Made by a program: the position numbers and the translations under genes. From Strigamia acuminata (Eukaryota), in NCBI GenBank assembly GCA_949358305.1, contig OX442314.1, positions 9,982,001 to 10,046,000 of the forward strand: 64,000 nucleotides of DNA, given 5' to 3'. Of the stretch, positions 1 through 12,994 are shown piece by piece (the first letter of the stretch is position 1; the number at the start of each line of letters is the position of its first letter). The notes beneath the pieces were generated by a model. It was not told the origin of the DNA and ran no database searches. It worked only from the letters and a program-made list of their open reading frames with translations.

Positions 1-3000
1 TCCGCAACGTTCGATCTGACGCCGAACTCACCTCCGCGTCACCGCATTCGGACGGCCCGAACCCAGACGCAGCGCATTCCATCGACGACAACGACTGCAG
101 CAAAAGACCCGCCGAATTACCAATCAAAGCGAAGCCGCTGACCATCAAGAAGAACTCCGGCGTGGATCCCCCAAAACTCAAAGTGCTTTCATCGCCCAAT
201 TCGAACGGCACAACGCCGCCGCCGCCCTCGCCGTATCCGCGCAAATCGTCGCCGCCTCTGGACGGTTCGGGCGGCGAGGACGCCAAGTCGGCGCCCAACG
301 TGCACGTGAGCATCAACAGGCGCATCGAGATGCCGCCCGCGTTTCTGTTCCCCGAAAACGAGGCGCCGCCGCCGGATTTGAATTTGAATTTGAGCGAATC
401 GAGTTGCGTTAACGAAGGGTCCAAGACCGATATTCCGGATAACGTTTTGCCGTTGATGGACGCGAATAAGATCCGTTTGGCCACCGACGCGGGTCCCAAG
501 GACCATTTGGAGGATAATGTGACTGTTATTCATATTATGGACACTGATAGGGGGTTGGAGAGGGAGAAAGTGGCGACGGATGCTAATGAGGAGTCGACCG
601 AGTCGAATAACAAGAAGAATACGGATGCGCTGCATGTGAATGTCGCTGAAACCATCGAAATTTGTAATTATGTTTTAGGTTATTACGAAAGTTTTGCACT
701 TTTTTTTTGTTGTAATTTTTGCAGTTTGGTGACATTTATTGTGATTTGTTGCAATTTTACTGACATTTTTGCAATATTATTACAATTTTTCAGACATTTT
801 TGCAATTTTGTTGCAATTTTGGCAATTTTACTGACATTTTTGGGAATTTAATTGCATTTTTGGGAATTTTATTGCATTTTTACTGACATTTTTGCAATTT
901 TATTGTAATTTAGGCAATTTATCTGACATTTTTGCAATTTTGGCATTTTTACTGACATTTTTGCAATTTTGGCATTTTTACTTACATTTTTGCAATTTCT
1001 ATGCATTTTTGGCAATTATATTGCAATTTTACTGACATTTTTGCAATTTTATTGCAATTTTACTGACATTTTTGCAATTTTATTGCAATTTTACTGACAT
1101 TTTTGCAATTTTATTGCAATTTTACTGACATTTTTGCAATTTTATTGCAATTTTACTGACATTTTTGCAATTTTATTGCAATTTTACTGACATTTTTGCA
1201 ATTTTATTGCAATTTTGGCAATTTTACTGACATTTTTGCAATTTTACTGACTTTTTGCAATTTTACTGACATTTTTGCAATTTTATTGTAATTTTGGCAA
1301 TTTTATTGTAATTTTGGCAATTTTATTGCAATTTTACAGACATTTTAATTTTACTGACATTTTTGCAATTTTACTGACATTTTTGCAATTTTATTACAAT
1401 TTTGGCAATATTATTGCAATTTTGACAATATTGTTGCAAATTTGGCAATATTGTTGCAATTTTGGCAATATTGTTGCAAATTTGGCAATATTGTTGCAAA
1501 TTTGGCAATATTGTTGCAAATTTGGCAATTTGATTGCAATTTTGTTGCAATTTTGGCAATTTTATTGCAATTTCAATTTTTTACAACATTTTGCAGATGT
1601 ATTTATTAAGTTAATTAATTTTAAATTAAATTAATTTTTCAGGCGAGGAGTCGCCGCTAGCGAGCAGTCCAGAGGGCAGCAACGACAGCCAGCCCGTGAC
1701 AATCTCGCGCCTATCCATGAGCAAAGCCTACAAAACGAACCTGAAATCCAAGGAGAAAACGAGGATCGCGCGCCGAGTCAGCTTCGACCCGCTCGCTCTG
1801 CTTCTCGACGCATCTCTCGAAGGGGAGTTGGAGTTGGTCAAGAAAACTGCTCGCGAGGTGCCCAACCCGAGCGCCGCCAACGACGAGGGCATCACGGCCT
1901 TGCACAACGCCATCTGCGCCGGCCACTACGAGATCATCAAGTTCCTCGTCGAGTACGGCTGCGACGTGAACGCGCAAGACAGCGACGGGTGGTGCGTCAA
2001 CTCGAAAGAAAGAAATTGGAAATTGCATTTATTGATCGAATTGAATTGATTTAGGACTCCGCTTCACTGCGCGGCCTCCTGCAACAATCTTCCAATGGTG
2101 AAATTCTTGGTGGAACACGGTGCGTGCATCTTCGCGACCACGCTGAGCGACCACGAGACGGCTGCCGAAAAGTGCGAGGAGGACGAAGAGGGTTTCGACG
2201 GATGTTCTGAATATTTATACAGTGAGATGAGAACTTTGTTGCTTTTTTATTGCTTTTTTTGCTTTATTTTGCATTTTTTTTGCATTTTTGGGTGTTTTTT
2301 TGCTTTTTTTGCCTTTTGTTGCATTTTTTTGATTTTTTTTGCATTTTTGAGATTTTTTTGCATTTTTTTGCCTTTTATTGCATTTTTTGCATTTTTTTGC
2401 ATTTTTTACTTTTTTTGTCTTTTGTTGCATTTTTTTGCATTTTGGGGACTTTTCTGCTTTTTTTGCATTTTTTTCCGTTTATTCTGATTTTTTTGGGTTT
2501 TTTTTAATTTTTTGGGTTTTTATTTGGTTTTTTTCTGGTTTTATTTGGTTTTTTCTGATTTTTTGGGTTTTTTTTTTAAATTTTTTTGGTTTTTATTTGG
2601 TTTTTTTCTGGTTTTATTTGGTTTTTTCTGGTTGTTTGAATATTTAGGTGTTTTAAATGGATTTTTGGGTTTTTTTGGATTTTTTAAACGTTGTCTGTAC
2701 GTTATTTTAATGTTTTTTGGATGTTTTTTCAAGGTATACAAGAGAAATTGGGAATTTTAAACAACGGCGAAGTGTTCGCCTTGTACGACTACGAGGCTCA
2801 AAACGCGGACGAGTTGGGATTCGTCGACCGAGACATGTTGGTCGCCTTGAGGAAAGGCGACGAGTTTGAACGCGAGTGGTGGTGGTCGCGACTGGAAAAC
2901 AAAGAAGGCTACATTCCCAGGAATTTACTCGGGGTAAAAACCGAATTTAAAATCCATCAAAATTTAGTCTAATTTTATTTTCTATTCGCAGTTGTATCCG

Positions 3001-3036
3001 AGAGTCATACCGAACAGGGAGCGCGATAATCCTTAA
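1..3036 (+). CDS. ASPP: ASPP family protein (apoptosis-stimulating of p53; ankyrin repeats + SH3), 3' part; 5' end outside window
   Basis: Pro-rich exon from <1 to ~635-690 (donor uncertain), then exons 1643-1991, 2055-2221, 2734-2933, 2992-3036 with GT-AG borders: [53 protein letters not shown]3 [31 protein letters not shown]. Confidence 0.93.
720..1580. repeat. Intronic minisatellite, ~31-bp unit (ttttactgacatttttgcaattttattgcaa) with shorter ttgcaa variants
   Basis: Near-perfect 31-bp periodicity at 1031-1200, degenerate on both sides. Confidence 0.9.
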
Positions 3037-4051
3037 TTTATTAGGGAACTGGAATGTTTTTCTTTGATTATTATTATCGTTTTGTTAGTATCAAATACTA
3101 GAAACGTAATGATGACAACGCGTCATTCCATCCACGATTTGTTTCTTATTTTTGTTTGTTATTTTTCAAAGTTTGATCCATCCACAAACCAGAAATGTAT
3201 TTTTATATATTTAAAAAAAAACAGGAAAATCGAACTGATTTTAGCAGTTTTTCTCCTCACGTTCGAGACTAGCTCAAAATCCAATATTTTACTGGCAATT
3301 TTTAGCATTACGAAATAAAAGAAATAAAAATAAAATAAAATAAAATAAAAATGCATTTGTCGAGATAATGAAATAAAAATGTAATCCATTTTACTCCCGT
3401 AGACCACACGTGCCTTGTTAGGCGTTTTCTGTGTAAATAAATGTAAAATGTTAAATATTTTTGCAAAAAAATACTCAGTTATGATTTCCGTTAAAAAAAA
3501 ATTTTAAAAAAATTTAAAGTTAAATAAATATGTATAAATAATTCCCTTTTATTTGTTTATTTCTCCTCTCCGACGAATCTCTGAGTAAATATTTGCAAAC
3601 GAACGAAAAAATGTACAAAGATTGTGCAATAAGTGGATTTTTATTTGTACCTAGCATCTAATAAAAAGCATTTATTGATTACGCATTATTATATAAATTT
3701 ACAACTATGATATAATAATAAATCTTCAAATTTTAAAACGACAACATTCGTATAAATACAACTTTCTCATTTCGATCGTAGCGAAAGATCTTAAAAACAA
3801 AAAAACAACAATTTCTTCATAAAATAATCAATAACTAGACCGTAAAATTTGAAATTTTTGTACTCTTAGAAGTAGCTGCACGAGTGATAACAGAGAAATA
3901 TAGAATTAATTTAAATAGACTAAAAGTCTAAAAAACATGATTATATTTCTTGCCATATAACAAAGAACACGTCGCGGTTTGAAATTTGAACTACAAACTC
4001 ACATTTGTTACTTGTAGCTGCGCAGAGAAGTTTATTTCCTTTGTTTAAAAT

Positions 4052-7000
4052 TCAGACCTGATGATCCTCCTCTTTCAATAGATGTAATGACGTGTTGGAT
4101 GCCCAGTTTAACGTCCGACTGATGGAACTTCGTCGACGTCTACCGCCCTAAAATTAATATTTTCTTTTGATTTAACACGGAGTAACTTTTATTCGTGATT
4201 CGCACGCACCCGCTCACGGAACGAGAATCCCGTCGCGCCGACCCACGACGGGTGATTTACGGTAATGAATGTATCCAAATCTTGTAGGCCTAATGGTTGG
4301 CTGTAGAACGACCCATCGGGCCACGTCACTTCTAATCTAAAATTTAAAAAAACCACAACAAAGTAAAAAATGGGCCCCTGATGTGCATCGGGACCCCCAA
4401 ATTGCGAAAAATCAAGTAAAATACGAAATTAAAAAAATTAAAAATAAATATTTTGGGGCCCCTAATATTTCGGGCCCCAAAAATCTGGGGCCCCGAAAAT
4501 TTGGGGTCCCAAAAATTTGTATCAAAATAAATTAAAAATTAATACAAAAAAAATGTTTTTAGGGGCCCCTAATGTTTGGGGCCCCCTATTGTTTCAAAAT
4601 GAGTTAAAACCGAAAAAAAAATATTATTAGGGGCTCCTAATATTTGGGTCCCCGAAAATCTAGGGCCCCAAAAATTTTCTTCAAAAAAAGTTAAAAACTA
4701 ATCTTAAAAAAATTCTTTTCGGGGCCCCCAATTGTCGGTTGTGTTGCAGGCGAGCGGAAAAAAGGGCCCCTAAGTGTATAGTTTTGGGGCCCGGAAATTA
4801 TACCTGACTGGTACGTCGGTTCCCAGACCAAAATGGGCGACCGGTTCCATCTGCGACAAATAACCGGAGCCCGCGTCGATGATACGTAAATGAGGACCCA
4901 GATTGGCAGTGTGTAATTCCACTCGGGACCCTCGCGCCGGGGCCCCGAACTGTGTTACCGGCATCACCCGAATAAAACAGTTTTTAATCCCCTAAAATCA
5001 ACTCGGTTTTTATTTTCAATTTTTCTCTCTATTTCTTTCAATTTCAACCTGTGTTGCATTGTAAATAGTCAAAGGTTGTTTCGCCCATTCGCCGTGAGAG
5101 AGCACCAATTCCAGGCGGCCATCGCCGTTGATGTCGGCCACGACTCCGCCGGTGCCCATCCCGTACTCTTCCTCCGCATCGCCGATGTCCAACTGCGTGA
5201 CCAAAGGGTTTTCGCCCAACCGGCCGGTGCACACTCGAAACAGTTTGTTACAAAACGGGCCGTCGCAAGCGCTGGTGTTGAACACGATCTCCAGATTGCT
5301 GTCGTTGTCGAAATCTCCCACCAGGAGCGTGCGGATAGGACAGGGCCGAGAGAACACTTCGGGAGCGACGTCTTCGAAGCGAACGACTCCGCTGCGCGTG
5401 CGCTGAACGTAGATGCGTTGGGGCCCGTTCCAGTTGCCACATACGATGTCGACTTTGCCGTCGCCGTCCAGGTCGGCCAGTGCGACGCCGCGGCCGTGTT
5501 CGTGGGGGTCGTCGACGCCTGAGTGGTTAAAGGTTTGTTTGTAGGAGTTTTGAGGGGTTTTGAGGGGTTTTTGTTACCGGATTGCGCGCTGACGTCTGTG
5601 AAAGTTCCGTCGGCGTTGTTTTTGTAGAGGAAATTTGAACCTTTTTCGTTGTTGCAGAAGATGTCGAGTCGGCCGTCCAGACTGAGAATCGGGCCGACCA
5701 CGACTCCGCGACCACCTGTCAAATTGGTCAAGTTTGTGTCTAAAAATTATTAACCTTTGGGGCCTTAAATGAAGAGAATAAACGTTTAGGGCCCCAAATA
5801 AATAAATCAATATTTGGGGCCCCAAATTTAAAAAAAAAAAACAATATTTGGGGCCTCAGATTAAAAAAAAACACGTTTGGGGCCCCCAAATTTAAAATAT
5901 ATATATTTAGGGCCTCAGATTAAAAAAAAACACGTTTGGGGCCCCCAAATTTAAAATATATATATTTGGGACCCTAAACATAAAAAACACTTAGGGCCCC
6001 AAATTTAAAAAAAAAAAACAATATTTGGGGCCTCAGATTTAAAAAAAACACATTTGGGGCCCCCAATTTTAAAATATATATATTTGGGACCTTAAACGTA
6101 AAAGAAACACTTAGGGCCCCAAATTTAAAAAAAAAAACACTTAGGGCCCCAAATCTAAAAAAAAAACACATTTTGGGCCCTAAACGTAAAAAAAAACATT
6201 TGGGGACCCAAATTTAAAAAAAAACATTTGGGGCCTCAAATTTTAAAAAAGAAAACATTTGGGGCCCCAAATTTAAAAAAAAAAAACGTTTTGGGTCCTA
6301 AATTAAAAAAAAAAACATTTAGGGCCCCAAATTTAAAAAAAATCAACCTTGGGACCCGAAATAATAAAAATGCATTTTTGGGAGCCCGAAAAATAAATAA
6401 AAATGTTTGGGGCCCCGAGAAAAATGTGAAAAATGTTTGGGGCCCCAAAAAGAAAACAAAATTTTGGGTTATAAAAAAAAACATTTGGGGCCTTCGAAAA
6501 TAAGAAATAATTTTGGGGCCCACCTCCAAAACAAATAAAAAAAAGAATTTTTGGGGCCCTAAAAATTGAAATTAAGTTTTGGGGGCTTCACAAAATCAAA
6601 AAAAAATATTTCTTTAGGGCCCCCAAAAAAATGTGAAAAGTTTGAGGCCCCCAAAAAATAAATGTGAAAACGAATATAAACAAATTCGGGGGCCCCGGGC
6701 CCCACGCGCATCCAACAACAACCTGTGAATTTCTCAACTCCAGCTTCTCTCGCCACATTCTTCAAAGCGACAATTCCTTTCGGTACATCGCTTCGTGATT
6801 CGTCCATTTCGATCAGCTGATGCGGCGCCACATTTCCCTTCGCATAATTCGCCACATAAAACGAAAATCGACCCGTTCCCGACCTGTCTATACACGCGAC
6901 CGATCGTCCGGCGTACAAAGTAGCCACGTGTCTATTAATGGGATCCGATAACAAATCTTCGTACCGGCCATTCCGAAACTTAAACAATTTATCGCTATAA

Positions 7001-7458
7001 GCCGAACGACCGGAAAACGCCTGATTCGAATTAACGACGTAAATCTCTTCGCGGCCATCGCCGTCTATATCCGCCGCGGCTACACCCACAGCCGAGCCCA
7101 AGGAGTCGCGCAGCTCGTAGTACGGCGATGCCGGATCATCCACTGCCAGATTGTACAGTTGTTGCGTTTCGCGGTCCCATTTGAGCAATAAATTGGCGCA
7201 ACTGTATCTGTTTTATAGAGATTTCGTGTATTTTTGAATAAAATCTTGCTTTTCGGCTATTTATTTGTTTATTTACCCAGCAACGAGCAGCTCGAATTCG
7301 CCATCGTTGTCCGCATCCGTGATAGCGATTCCGTAGTTGTGTCGTCGGGGGTTGCTGTGTGGATTGTCTCTGTATTTAGATGCATTTTAACGGGTGAAAT
7401 TTGGTGGTTTCGGTGTTTGGACGTACCTGAACACTTCGTCCGTGATATCTTGAAACAT
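4052..7458 (-). CDS. CRTAC1: CRTAC1/ASPIC-like protein (FG-GAP repeats + UnbV/ASPIC domain), no C-terminal EGF domain
   Basis: Exons ~7458-7427, 7369-7277, 7207-6723, 5715-5578, 5518-5049, 4991-4804, 4336-4210, 4147-4052: NYGIAITDADNDGEFELLVAG..DIDGDGREEIY..AGRSVACIDRSG..GGRGVVVGPI..HLRIIDAGSGYLSQMEPVAHFGLG..LEVTWPDG, collinear with vertebrate CRTAC1 as recalled. The ATG at 7458 follows an AG acceptor, so the true start may be upstream. Confidence 0.9.
5755..6710. repeat. Intronic degenerate repeat built on ggggcccc(aaattt) + A-tracts; same family also at ~4370-4800
   Basis: Dozens of ggggccc/gggaccc cores spaced ~30 bp in two CRTAC1 introns. Confidence 0.85.
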
Positions 7459-7992
7459 CACTGTTTTTAAATTCGGTTTCGAGTGGAAAAAAAAAGAAAA
7501 ATAAACAAAAAAATAAGGAAAAACGCGAAGGACTGCTCCACTGCTGCACCCGTCGTATCCAAAAATGGAGGGATTATCGACCGGGCCTTCCGGGTTAAAA
7601 TCTCGCGATTAAAAATCGTTTCGCACCGAACAATTATTCATTTATTTACACATTTCAGTCAAAATTTAAAACGATTTTACATCCGATTTTAAATTCCACT
7701 CCCATCGTGCATCTCCGTCGTCATTTCCGGTCTAATGGCGCCATTCTCGAAACGGCGGAAGCAGGAACGAACGAAACAATAGATAAAAATAAAAATCGGA
7801 TTAAAATTTCATCAGAATAAATAAACCCCTCGAGTGGGTCATCGTTATTTATTTTTCAACTCAGCAAAAATCATTCAGACATTTTTCCGGTTCTATTGTC
7901 CGGTCATTCACTTTAGTTTCCCTTTTGCAATCAGTGAACCGAAACCATTGCATCCTCGCCACCCTGCATTGTGTTGTGTCACTTCGCCCGAG

Positions 7993-8784
7993 ATGTACAC
8001 AGAACAGTGTGCAAAATCGCCAGCACAGCCGATTATTATGTCACTTTCAAGATTTCAACCAACTTGGCCATCTTGTGTGTCGTGGTTGTCACGTGCCCAT
8101 CTTGCACTGGCTCTCGTCTGCCTAATTCTGCAATTGGCGTCCACTTGCCTCTCCGGGGCCCCTGTCATCAATCTCACGGTGCCCTTTTTGTTTGTTACGG
8201 CTGGTTTTACCTCTGTTGTGGTCCATTCTTGCGCTCCTAGCACCCAATCTGCTGTTTGTGTGGCTGTTTTGCACGGGGTGGCAAGTTTGGCTGCTTTTGC
8301 TGCACTTGTTGCACCTATTTCCGGTGTCAGAAGCGTTGCAAGTGCAAATAGAGGTGAGGAAATTGAGTTTGTTTGTTTTTTGGTTAATTTTTTTGGTTTA
8401 GTTTTAGAAGTTTCTGGTTCTGAGGTCGTTTTTGTGTTGCTGGCTTTCATTACTTTGTCTGGAGGAATTTTGTCTTTGTTGATTTGTGTGCTTGACTGGA
8501 AGTTTTCAAATCAGGTTGGTACTACCAAGCTACCGTATGTTTTTAGTGATTAGTTTGTTTTTGTTTATTTAAAACAGGTTTTTGATGAATCTAACTCGTT
8601 TGGAAGTACCATTGGTGCTGGTAATGAGAATTTAATCAACGTGAGTCGTAATTTTGGTGCGAATAACGAGAAAACACCGATTCATCAACAAATGCATCAA
8701 CCGATACATCAACCGGCAATTCCGCCCGTAATTCATCAATACGAAACACTAAAACTGAAAACCGATAATTTCAGCGAGTGTTGA
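7993..8784 (+). CDS. Uncharacterised four-transmembrane protein (MS4A/CD20- or sarcospan-like topology)
   Basis: Exons ~7993-8353, 8408-8514, 8578-8784; four hydrophobic segments (AHLALALVCLILQLAS, VPFLFVTAGFTSVVV, VCVAVLHGVASLAAFAALVAPI, VVFVLLAFITLSGGILSLLICVL), polar tail ending DNFSEC*; AATAAA at ~8830. Confidence 0.6.
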
Positions 8785-8971
8785 ATCACATGTATTAATT
8801 TTTGAGCAATTTTGTACTCGTACTCAATGAAATAAAGCAATAAACGAATGTTTTAATACAATATATTGATATCAACATTTCATGCTCGACTACCGTAATT
8901 CCCTCCATTTATAAAAATCGCGCTCTCTAGTGGCAGAAACTGTAAACAAAATAACAACAGAACAGTGCAAA

Positions 8972-11156
<2,185 letters not shown>

Positions 11157-11372
11157 AACTATTTTTTGTGCGATTTTCACACAATGCGTGTAGTTAATGT
11201 GAAATTAAAGTTCGTCATTTTCTCTAAGTGGTGTCGCGTCTGTTCCAGTTTTGGGGTTGCAGCAAGAAAATAACTAATTTTTTAATTTTTATTTTTGACT
11301 AAATAATGGAATTTTCGATGATGTTGGCGAGATTCAAGCAAAAACGGACTTTTTTGAGAATTTTGTCCGTGC

Positions 11373-12330
11373 TGTGACAGGTGCTGCCACCAGTGGTGGC
11401 GTGTGGAAGTAAATAAATGAGTTTCGGTTTGTAGCACAGCTCGCGACACAGCCAGACTCGTACCAATTAGTGTCAGGTGTTTTTAAGCAGGTTGGTGACT
11501 TGTAGACTGATATTAAATCACCTTGTGAAACCCTGTAATAATGGCGGATGAGAAATTTGGGCCACCAGCGGGAATTAGGCCGCCAAAACCACTCGTGATC
11601 ACCAGCGATGACATGGCGGCCGCATGGGAGGATTGGATCGATGCCTATGAATGGTACGCGAAAGCAGGAAATCTTGCTGGACAGTCGGCTGAAGTGCAAG
11701 TGGCCACATTAATGACTTGCATAGGATCGGAGGCAAGGCGAATTTTTCGAACTTTTACCCTAACTGATGCGGAGAGGAAATATGTAAGAGTGGTGAAGAA
11801 CAGGTTCGAAACATATTTTGCGCCGACCCAAAGTGAACATTTATACAGATATGAATTTTTCAAATTGGCTCAAAAGGAGGGGCAAGCATTTGATGAATTT
11901 TTGACCGATGCCAGGACCAAAATGGCGAAATGTGCGTTCGAAGATCTTGCAGATGGATTATTGCGTGACAAAATTGTGTCTGGAATCCGCAGTGAGGTAG
12001 TGCGACGGAGATTATTAGAGGAAGATGATTTAACCCTCGAGAAAGCCATTCAGCTGGTCAGGGCTGCAGAAATTGCCAAGAAGCAATATTTTGGTTAGGC
12101 ATTGAGTGGGGATTTATACATCAGACATCGTCGCCACGCTTCTCGAGGACCAACGGATTAGCCGAAAGAGCGGTGCAGAGTGTGAAGAACATAATCGATC
12201 GGTGTAATAAAGACGGAACGGATTTGCAATTGGCATTTTGAAATTGTTGTTTAAATTTTTGTTCGTTTATAGTTATTCGATCATTTGTTGTTCCTTGCAT
12301 TTGTAAAAGAAAAGGAAGATGTAACAGGTG
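11373..12330 (+). mobile_element. Internally deleted Ty3/gypsy (Mag-like) LTR retrotransposon: short 5' LTR, PBS, gag, integrase fragment, PPT, truncated 3' LTR
   Basis: TGTGACAGGTG...TACCA ~93-bp LTR at 11373-11465; PBS-like TAGTGTCAG at 11468; gag ORF; integrase relic EWGFIHQTSSPRFSRTNGLAERAVQSVK at ~12104-12240; purine tract AAAAGAAAAGGAAGA then TGTAACAGGTG at 12320. Confidence 0.85.
11541..12098 (+). CDS. Retrotransposon gag (capsid) ORF, truncated
   Basis: WEDWIDAYEWY..QVATLMTCIGSEA..FETYFAP..RYEFFKLAQKEGQAFDEFLTD..CAFEDLADGLLRDKIVSGIRSEVVRRRLLEEDDLTLEKAIQL, typical of Mag-clade gag. Confidence 0.85.
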   Translation: MADEKFGPPAGIRPPKPLVITSDDMAAAWEDWIDAYEWYAKAGNLAGQSAEVQVATLMTCIGSEARRIFRTFTLTDAERKYVRVVKNRFETYFAPTQSEHLYRYEFFKLAQKEGQAFDEFLTDARTKMAKCAFEDLADGLLRDKIVSGIRSEVVRRRLLEEDDLTLEKAIQLVRAAEIAKKQYFG

Positions 12331-12470
12331 GAGAAATCGGTAATTTATGAGTTTAAGGTTGAACCATATATTTTCGATTATTACACAATGCTTGTACTCA
12401 ATTTGAAATTAAAATTTGTCATTTTCTCATTCTTCATGATTTTATGACCAAATAAACGGATTTTTCAACA
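12330..12470 (+). pseudogene. Degenerate partial duplicate of the PSMC6 3' region
   Basis: ggagaaatcggtaattta..gaaccat matches 10831-10868; cacaatgc..gaaattaaa..gtcattttctc matches 11171-11224; tgaccaaataa..gga matches ~11296-11311. Confidence 0.7.
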
Positions 12471-12499
12471 TCTATGAATAATTAGATCGATTTTTTTAA

Positions 12500-12776
12500 G
12501 GTTTTCTGACGAAAATAACCGATTTTATAAGGTTTTCTGACGAAAATAACCGATTTTATAAGGTTTTCTCACGAAAATAACCGATTTTATAAGGTTTTCT
12601 CACGAAAATAACCGATTTTATAAGGTTTTCTCACGAAAATAACCGATTTTATAAGGTTTTCTCACGAAAATAACCGATTTTATAAGGTTTTCTCACGAAA
12701 ATAACCGATTTTATAAGGTTTTCTCACGAAAATAACCAATTTTATACGGTTTTCTGACGAAAATAACCGATTTTTA
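12500..12776. repeat. Tandem repeat, 31-bp unit (ggttttctcacgaaaataaccgattttataa), ~9 copies
   Basis: Near-identical adjacent copies without spacers. Confidence 0.95.
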
Positions 12777-12994
12777 TTCTTCACTTAAGCCAGAAATGCA
12801 GAACATTAAAAAATGTTCTCACAGACCTCCATTTCACCACATTATAAACATTCAAAACTCGCGCCTTCCTCCACGCCGAACCAAGCCTGGCGACAGAAAC
12901 CTAACCTTCAAAAAACCCAGTATACGGCGCACCACGAGTACCATTTGCATCTGCACTTGTGCTGCTCGTCAGCCGCAGTCAGCCACACAACACA

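Noticed and set aside
189..635. Antisense and alternate-frame ORFs over GC-rich exons (also 1711, 5076, 12908, 29457, 60022)
   Set aside because: Shadow ORFs of real coding exons
1275..2760. F/L/K/N-rich ORFs here and at 13680, 14409, 22607, 27250, 30255, 37302-38040, 49674, 50991-51927
   Set aside because: Stop-free readings of low-complexity intronic repeats or satellite; no domain content
8930..8971. GTG-initiated N-terminal extension of PSMC6 in the ORF track
   Set aside because: Alternative-start artefact; ATG at 8972 in AAAATGG context gives the expected protein
12500..12776. CRISPR-like array of ~31-bp repeats (also 46.6 kb and 62.9 kb)
   Set aside because: Copies are directly adjacent with no unique spacers, no cas genes, eukaryotic context
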